Assembly (NCBI GenBank): GCA_037442925.1
Contig: JBBIPG010000016.1
Span: 1-34,657 of the forward strand
Direction of reading: 5' to 3'
Origin: Candidatus Fraserbacteria bacterium
Lineage (GTDB): Bacteria > Bipolaricaulota > Bipolaricaulia > RBG-16-55-9
Length of the DNA: 34,657 bases
The notes below the pieces were generated by a model. The model searched no databases. It was not told the DNA's origin and worked only from the letters and a program-made list of their open reading frames with translations. Of this stretch, positions 28,691-34,657 are shown piece by piece (the first letter of the stretch is position 1; each line of letters opens with the position of its first letter). The position numbers were made by a program, and so were the translations under genes.

Positions 28691-29008
28691 TCATCGCCCC
28701 CTGAGCACTCGCACAGCTTCTCGCGCTTGGTCCCGAATCATCCCTTGGATCAGCTCCCGGATGGCTTGGATTCGATCATCGCTCAGCTCATAGATCACCC
28801 GAACGCCTTCCCTGTGAGATTTCACGAGACCTGCTTTCTTTAAGATGATCAAATGGCGCGATATGGTCGATTGATCCACATCGAAAGCAGGCTCAATCTC
28901 GCACGTGCAGCGAGGCCCTTCTATCAGGAAATCGAGCAGCTGAAGTCGGATCGGATGGCCGAGGGCCTGGTAGACCTCCGACTCGGTTTCATGCTGTGCA
29001 AAGCTCAT
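28691..29008 (-). CDS. Second ArsR/SmtB-family regulator
   Basis: QALGHPIRLQLL, RCTCEI, QSTISRHL..LK.AGLV. Start set at ATG 29008 after AAAGGGG. Confidence 0.88.
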   Translation of the reverse strand: MSFAQHETESEVYQALGHPIRLQLLDFLIEGPRCTCEIEPAFDVDQSTISRHLIILKKAGLVKSHREGVRVIYELSDDRIQAIRELIQGMIRDQAREAVRVLRGR

Positions 29009-29026
29009 GCTCGCCCCTTTCTTTGC

Positions 29027-29081
29027 ATTCATGCAGTTATGCACGTAATAGAATAATACGCCATGGGAGGCGCTCGGTCTA
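29027..29081 (-). promoter_or_regulatory. Putative promoter and operator of the second arsR operon
   Basis: Minus strand TAGACC-N17-TATTAT (29081-29053), followed by imperfect inverted repeat CATGCA-GTTA-TGCACG (29030-29045). Confidence 0.45.
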
Positions 29082-29164
29082 TGATCACGGGCAGCGATTT
29101 GCATGATCTGCGTCAGAGGCGAATCATAATGGGACAGTTTAGTATCTAGAAGGAGGTCAAACTC

Positions 29165-29647
29165 ATGGAACTTAAGACCGTCAAGATTGAGAAGCCGGAC
29201 GAGGTCAATTTCATATTGGGCCAGTCTCATTTCATCAAGACCGTAGAAGATCTGCACGAGGCGCTCGTGACGGCCGTTCCCAGGATCAAGTTTGGGCTGG
29301 CGTTTTGCGAGTCTTCAGGTCCTGCCCTCGTCCGTTGGAGCGGGACCGATCCTGAACTCATAGAGCTAGCGAAGCAGAACGCGTTCCAGTTGGCTGCGGG
29401 TCACAGTTTTATCATCTTTCTCAAGGACCTCTTCCCGATCAACGTTCTCCATGTCGTCAGAAGTGTGCCGGAAGTCTGTCAGATCTTCTGTGCCACGGCC
29501 AATCCCGTGGAAGTCGTGATTGCGGAAACAGAACAAGGGCGAGGCATTCTAGGCGTGATTGATGGGGTGAAATCCAAGGGGATCGAGACCGAAAAGGACA
29601 TCGCCCAGCGCAAAGAGTTTCTGCGCAAGATCGGCTACAAGCTGTGA
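29165..29647 (+). CDS. DUF355 / 'adenosine-specific kinase' family protein
   Basis: [66 protein letters not shown]. Confidence 0.85.
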   Translation: MELKTVKIEKPDEVNFILGQSHFIKTVEDLHEALVTAVPRIKFGLAFCESSGPALVRWSGTDPELIELAKQNAFQLAAGHSFIIFLKDLFPINVLHVVRSVPEVCQIFCATANPVEVVIAETEQGRGILGVIDGVKSKGIETEKDIAQRKEFLRKIGYKL

Positions 29648-29653
29648 GAGATT

Positions 29654-30067
29654 TCAAGAAACCGCACGCACCGTGATTGTCTCAGCCAGCTTGCGATCCA
29701 GCGCGATCTGAGCATGCCCTATCTGCAAGAGATGACAAGGGAAATTCCTCAGGAGCGTCAACTGGACGCCCGGTAGCAACCCGAGCGCCATGAGCCGGCG
29801 CTGTGTCATATCGTCTGGAGGGCATAGCTTGACGATCTCAGCCATCTGCCACGGCTTGAGCGCTGTGAGTGTGCGGGTGGCTGTCCACTGGCCGTCGGCA
29901 TCTGCTGAGGGTCCTCGGCGACGTTGCCAGCGGTGCCGCAGTCGTACAAGCCAACTCGGCTCAGTTGGGGTCTGATAGCCACAGTTGGGGCAGCAGGTGA
30001 GATTGCAGTTCTTGCCCAGTGGGCAACCGTGACAGGGACGCTTCGCTTCCGCCTCGGAGAATCTCAT
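29654..30067 (-). CDS. feoA: FeoA-domain protein with N-terminal Cys-rich module, 5' end apparently damaged
   Basis: CHGCP...C...CCPNCGY, then RRLMALGLLPG..L.L...P......G..QIAL....A..I.V. Confidence 0.75.
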   Translation of the reverse strand: MRFSEAEAKRPCHGCPLGKNCNLTCCPNCGYQTPTEPSWLVRLRHRWQRRRGPSADADGQWTATRTLTALKPWQMAEIVKLCPPDDMTQRRLMALGLLPGVQLTLLRNFPCHLLQIGHAQIALDRKLAETITVRAVS

Positions 30068-31872
30068 GCCCCATAGAGAGTCATCATAGGCGAACCCCTA
30101 AGATAGAGTCCGGCGGCCCCGTAGTCGCGACGGAAAAAGCCGAACAGGAAGGCCACCGCTGCCTCCGCCGGTAGGCCGATCAGCCGAACGACAGGCTCCA
30201 AGCCCCGGACTACGGCCTCAAAGATCCCCATCAATTGGCCGAGCCAGATGACAATACTGGCAGCAATGAACAGCGGTAGGACTTCTTTGAGATACCAGTG
30301 AACGCGTGTGTAGGTCTTTACGAGCACGTTGCCCAGTCGTGGGAGGCGAAGCGGAGGTATTTCCATATAGAACAGTGGTTGCTCACCCGGCAGCACCTGA
30401 GTTGTGAGATAGCCGATGAGCAAGAAGTTCGCTGCGATGACGCCTGCCCAGATCCAGAGCGCCATAGGATTGCCTGCCAAGATGGCAAAGATGACGCCCA
30501 ACTGGGCCGAACAAGGGATAGCCAGCGCCAGTAGGAAATTCGCGATCAGCCGTTCGCGTCCTGTCTCTAGCGTGCGCGTCACTAACGTCGCCATCGTGTC
30601 GCAGCCAAAGCCCAACACAATCAGGATGACCGCTCGCCCACTCAGGCCGATCGTCTTGAAAAGTCGATCGAGCAACATCGCGAGTCGGGGTAGATAGCCG
30701 GAATCCTCAATGAGTGCAAAAGCCAGAAAGAACGTAGCGACGATGGGCAGAATGATGGCAATCGCGTAGCGCACACCCAGAGTGAGGACTCCATATTCGC
30801 CGATCAGTAGATCTTGAATGGCCGTCCAGGGTAGGAGCCTGTGTACGACCTCTGTTACCCACGGATTGAGGTAGCGGCCAAAGAGGGTGTCTTCCAAGAA
30901 GTCGACGGCAGTCTGTGCACCGAAGACGCCAACCAGCTCATAGAGCCCGTAGAGCACAAGCAGCAGAAGAGGCAACCCGGTCACCGGATGGATAGCCAGT
31001 TGGCTTAGGCGCTCACGAAATGACGTGGATTGTCCCATGGGTTCGCGAATCGCGCGTGCAGCCAGACTCTTGGCGATCCTCTGGCGGTCCAGTGCCATTT
31101 GGAAAGCGAGGGAGTGGTGGGATGAGTTGCTCCCGGCCATAAGAGAGCGCATGTCCTCACGCGTTTGTGATCGCTCTTGTGCGCCCACGAACATCTCGAT
31201 CTCCACGTCACCTTGGAGGAGCAAGAGCGCAATAGCCCGCTTCGAGATGCGATATGAGCCGTGTAAGCCGCTCTCGATCTTTTGGGCAGCCGCTTCCACC
31301 GTGTTAGAGTACGTCAAATGATCTCTAGTAATCGCTTGTTTTTTGAGAGTTTGCGTGATGCAGTTACGGAGTTCGGCAATTCCACGTCGGCTCACGGCAT
31401 CGGTCGGAACAACCGGGATTCCCAAAGCCTCCTGCAAATAATCATCATCGATGCTGAGACCCTGCTGGATGGCTTCATCGATCATGTTGAGCACCAAGAT
31501 GACCGGAGGGCCCAGCTCTCGCAGTTGAAGCGTCAGCGGCAAAGCCCGTTCGAGTTCTTTGGCATCGGCAACATGCACGATCAGACTCGGTTGCCCTTGG
31601 AGCAGAATGTCCTTCGTGACCCGCTCTTCGTCGCTGAGCGCGAGGAGTGAGCGCAGTCCTGGCGTGTCCAGTATTGTATAAGAAGTTCCATGGATTCTTA
31701 GCTGCCCTTGAGCGACCTCCACGGTCGTGCCTGGGTAGTTCGAGACGGTCACATAGGCTCCTGTCAATCGTTGAAAGAGCAGGCTCTTGCCCACGTTAGG
31801 GGCACCCACCAGGACGATTCTCGCCAGACCCGGGGGGCTATCCACCGTCGCGGTGTTATGGCAGCTCGTCAT
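30064..31872 (-). pseudogene. feoB: Ferrous iron transporter FeoB, C-terminally truncated (probable pseudogene)
   Basis: G1 GAPNVGKS, G2 NYPGTT, G3 DTPG, G4 NMID, EDSGYLPR, PCSAQ; ends 12 aa after FFRRDYGAAGLY without the usual final membrane segment. Confidence 0.7.
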
Positions 31873-31925
31873 CTCGTCGCCCTCCTTTCTGCTTGGCCAT
31901 GTCGAGGGCGTCCTGAAGAGAAATG

Positions 31926-31942
31926 AGGACTTTTTCAGTCCT
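31926..31942. promoter_or_regulatory. Perfect inverted repeat upstream of feoB, candidate metalloregulator operator
   Basis: AGGACT-TTTTC-AGTCCT. Confidence 0.45.
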
Positions 31943-31951
31943 AGTTGAATC

Positions 31952-31981
31952 TTGACGCTTCAATTTGGCAAAAGCTATGAT
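31952..31981 (+). promoter_or_regulatory. Putative sigma70 promoter toward hypA
   Basis: TTGACG-N18-TATGAT. Confidence 0.45.
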
Positions 31982-32082
31982 ACGTGTCATCGTAAGAGTT
32001 GCGCTAGATCATCTATGCTCCCGCGATTGAGTAGCATCATTGGATCCGGAGACTCTGGGTCATAGAATGGAGCGGGATCACC

Positions 32083-32508
32083 ATGCATGAATGGGCATTG
32101 GCTGAAGCGGTCGTTGCCGCGACCGTGAAGGTCGCTGAGCAGCAGCGCCTGAAAACGATCACCGCCATCAAAGTGAGGCTGGGTGAACTTCAGCAGATCG
32201 AGCAAGAAGTGTTTGAATTCGCGCTGAAAGAGATCCTAATGCGGCATGAGCCACTACTCCGAAATGCTGGCATAGAACTCGAAATCGAAAGAGCCTCATT
32301 CCAGTGCAGGAATTGCGAGAAGGAGTGGACCTTCGCCGATGCCGGCTTGAATCCCGAAGAGGCGGAGTCAATCCACTTTATCCCGGAGATAGCCCACGTA
32401 TATATGCGATGCCCTGCGTGTTCTAGCCCCGATTTCGAAGTCATCCAGGGCAGAGGCGTTTGGCTTGCTTCGCTTGAAGGGGTGCAGCCCGATGGATCCG
32501 AGACCTGA
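32083..32508 (+). CDS. hypA: Hydrogenase nickel metallochaperone HypA (long, archaeal type)
   Basis: MHE N-terminus, GELQQ, CRNC and CPAC separated by a long insert (E.IHFIPE), DFEV..GRGV. Confidence 0.92.
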   Translation: MHEWALAEAVVAATVKVAEQQRLKTITAIKVRLGELQQIEQEVFEFALKEILMRHEPLLRNAGIELEIERASFQCRNCEKEWTFADAGLNPEEAESIHFIPEIAHVYMRCPACSSPDFEVIQGRGVWLASLEGVQPDGSET

Positions 32509-33223
32509 GATCATCGGGCAGAGGCTGGCGAGCATCAAGAACATCATTGCCGTGGCAGGCGGTAAAGGTGGGGTGGGCAAGAGCACCGTGGCCACGATGC
32601 TAGCGCTCATCCTCCGCGAGCGAGGCTATCGTGTGGGACTACTCGATCTCGATTTCTATGGCCCCTCCACGCACGTGATCTTAGGAATACCCGAAGGCAC
32701 ACAACCACGCGAAGAGAAGGGGATTATCCCGCCGGAGGTACACGGCCTGCAGTTCATGTCTCTTGTCTATTATGCAGGCGATAAGCCTTCGCCGCTGCGG
32801 GGACTAGACGTGTCAAACGCTCTCATGGAACTACTGGCCATCACGCGGTGGAATAATCTCGACTTTCTCATTGTCGATATGCCTCCGGGTCTGGGGGACA
32901 CAACTCTCGACGTGATCCGCTGGCTCAAGAAAGCTCGCTTTCTTGCCGTGACCACGCCGTCTCGTGTAGCGCTAGAGACGGTGAAGAAACTCCTTTCTCT
33001 ACTCATAGAGCTAGATGCCTCGATCATCGGGATCATCGAGAACATGAGAAGGGATGGCGATTCTCTCTCTTGCGATGAGTTAGCATCTTACGATGTGCCC
33101 ATGTTGGGGGGATTGCCGTTTGATGCAGAGCTCGAAGGATCTCTGGGAAATCCCCGGCAACTCTTGAAGACTCCTCTTGTCCAAGCGCTTAACAAAATCG
33201 TGCTAAAAGCGAAGCTCGCATAG
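32492..33223 (+). CDS. Mrp/MinD-family ATPase, probably ATPase-type HypB
   Basis: MDPR N-terminus, deviant Walker A GKGGVGKS, DLDFYG.S.HVILG, PLRG, DMPPGLGD, ENM without a following CxxC; overlaps hypA. Confidence 0.8.
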   Translation: MDPRPEIIGQRLASIKNIIAVAGGKGGVGKSTVATMLALILRERGYRVGLLDLDFYGPSTHVILGIPEGTQPREEKGIIPPEVHGLQFMSLVYYAGDKPSPLRGLDVSNALMELLAITRWNNLDFLIVDMPPGLGDTTLDVIRWLKKARFLAVTTPSRVALETVKKLLSLLIELDASIIGIIENMRRDGDSLSCDELASYDVPMLGGLPFDAELEGSLGNPRQLLKTPLVQALNKIVLKAKLA

Positions 33224-33664
33224 CACCAAGCGCACGACTTCTTCTACAGCCTTTTCGACTTCCGGAGAAAGCCCTTCGCCTGCCTCAAAGTCCTTCCCCT
33301 CGATGCCGTAAATGATGAAGCGTGGGGGGAGTTGATTGAGAGCACGTGCCAGTTCGACAGCTTCGGCAACGCTGAAGGCGTGAGTGGAGTAATGAAAGAA
33401 ACCTGTAGGGATGGCTTGTGCATGCGCATCCAGTCGATGGATGGTTCCCGGTGCACCGCCGGAGTGCACGGCATCAATGAGGATGACTGTGTCTGCATCT
33501 TTCCATGACTCCATCAAGGCAGCACCCTCGCCGCTCTCTTCCAGAATTCTTACATCATCGAGATGCTCCGCTTTCAGTCGCCGAGCGACGATAAGCCCCA
33601 CGGCGTCATCCCGTCGATAGACATTACCGGCGCCGATGATTACGAGTCGACGCTTGCTACGCAT
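33203..33664 (-). CDS. Hydrogenase maturation protease
   Basis: IIGAGN.YRRDDAVG, ILIDAV, STH; directly downstream of the large subunit. Confidence 0.92.
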   Translation of the reverse strand: MRSKRRLVIIGAGNVYRRDDAVGLIVARRLKAEHLDDVRILEESGEGAALMESWKDADTVILIDAVHSGGAPGTIHRLDAHAQAIPTGFFHYSTHAFSVAEAVELARALNQLPPRFIIYGIEGKDFEAGEGLSPEVEKAVEEVVRLVLCELRF

Positions 33665-33678
33665 TCCAGCCCCATCTG

Positions 33679-34656
33679 CTACTCTCTCTCAATATGCAGC
33701 TTCAAGTAGTGCGTGGCGCACGAGATGCACGGATCATAGTTGCGGATCGCCTGCTCACACTGCCACTGAAGCTTCTCTTTGGGAAGATCTATGTTCTTTG
33801 GGACAAACTGCCAAAGATCGCTTTCGATCGTCTTCTGGTTTTGCGCGGTCGGCGGAACGATCTTCGCGTCCAGAATCACACCGTCTTCATCAATCTTGTA
33901 GCGATGGTAGAGAATCCCGCGGGGCGCTTCCGTGCAACCGTAGCCCGTGCCTGCGCGCGGCTTGATCTCGACAGCGGGTCTCTCCGGCATTTCGTAGTCA
34001 TGTATGATTCGCAGTGCCTCATCACAGGCATAGAGCATCTCTATGCTGCGCACGATAATGCTCTGGAACGGATTGCGACAGACGGGCTCTAGTCCCGCCT
34101 CGCGCGCAGCCTTCTGTGCCAAAGGGGAAAGTTTATCGAAGTTCAGATTGTAGCGAGCCAGCGGACCGACAAAGTAATTCCCGCGCTCTTTCAGAACAGA
34201 GTGCAGCGCGTTGGAATGCGGCACGTGCTCTTCGACGAAGTGATCGTCATAGTCGGGAATCGCGATGTCCAGGCCCTTGTTCGATACGAGCCGCCCCTCA
34301 TTGAACGGGTACTCATTCGGGTGTCTCAGGGCGACAAACTCGTAGTCTTGCTCGAACTTGGGGAATGGGAGCTTAGCTGCCCAGAGAACAGTCTCGTAGG
34401 CCGCATCGCGCGCCCACCTGAGTTTTTCAGCTAGCGGATGTAACTCTTGCTTTGTGGGCACTTTGTAGAAACCACCGACTCGGACATTGATGGGGTGAAT
34501 CGCGCGCCCGCCCAGAAGCGTGACGATCTCGTTGCCGATCTTCTTTAGCTTTAGGCCCTGTTGGACGATCTCTGGATGATCCTTCACCATGTGAATCGCG
34601 CTCTCGTAGCCCAGAAAATCGGGAGCGTGAAGCAGATAGATGTGAAGTGCATGACT
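33679..34656 (-). CDS. [NiFe]-hydrogenase large subunit, group 3b (sulfhydrogenase alpha)-like; 5' part lies outside the window
   Basis: Frame stays open to the window edge ([17 protein letters not shown]), [29 protein letters not shown]2 motif [13 protein letters not shown] plus a cleavable tail. Confidence 0.92.
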   Translation of the reverse strand, partial: SHALHIYLLHAPDFLGYESAIHMVKDHPEIVQQGLKLKKIGNEIVTLLGGRAIHPINVRVGGFYKVPTKQELHPLAEKLRWARDAAYETVLWAAKLPFPKFEQDYEFVALRHPNEYPFNEGRLVSNKGLDIAIPDYDDHFVEEHVPHSNALHSVLKERGNYFVGPLARYNLNFDKLSPLAQKAAREAGLEPVCRNPFQSIIVRSIEMLYACDEALRIIHDYEMPERPAVEIKPRAGTGYGCTEAPRGILYHRYKIDEDGVILDAKIVPPTAQNQKTIESDLWQFVPKNIDLPKEKLQWQCEQAIRNYDPCISCATHYLKLHIERE

Positions 34657-34657
34657 T

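Noticed and set aside
17585..34657. Selenocysteine recoding in the redox proteins
   Set aside because: Catalytic positions of the TtrA-like protein, ArsC, the thioredoxin and the hydrogenase L2 motif are ordinary Cys; no in-frame TGA is needed.
1..34657. CRISPR arrays, tRNA/rRNA, transposases, integrases, strong intrinsic terminators
   Set aside because: None recognised; intergenic gaps are short and lack repeat-spacer or hairpin-plus-U-tract patterns.

Overview
Gene-dense prokaryotic chromosomal window, most likely from an anaerobic bacterium (SD sites, sigma70-like promoters) that carries several archaeal-type genes. No rRNA, tRNA, CRISPR or IS element was recognised. Left to right: (1) a cNMP-domain membrane histidine kinase divergent from metV, then a co-oriented C1/central-carbon cluster fhs - U32-like protein - panB - ppsA - gdh - acs, convergent with maeB; (2) an orphan hydrogenase protease, a DUF4342 protein and amrS/amrB; (3) a probable arsenic island (about 17.6-29.1 kb): a TAT-exported TtrBCA-type molybdoenzyme convergent with arsR-acr3-usp-(26-aa sORF)-mtrA-like-arsC-usp and a second arsR-permease-thioredoxin operon; (4) a DUF355 protein, a damaged feoB-feoA pair, Thermococcales-type hypA plus Mrp/MinD-type hypB, a maturation protease and the 3' part of a group 3b-like [NiFe]-hydrogenase large subunit. 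The most striking candidate for an undescribed system is the stand-alone, soluble MtrA-like (corrinoid-binding) protein coupled inside an ArsR-controlled arsenic-resistance operon. All family calls come from motif recognition by eye, not from database searches.
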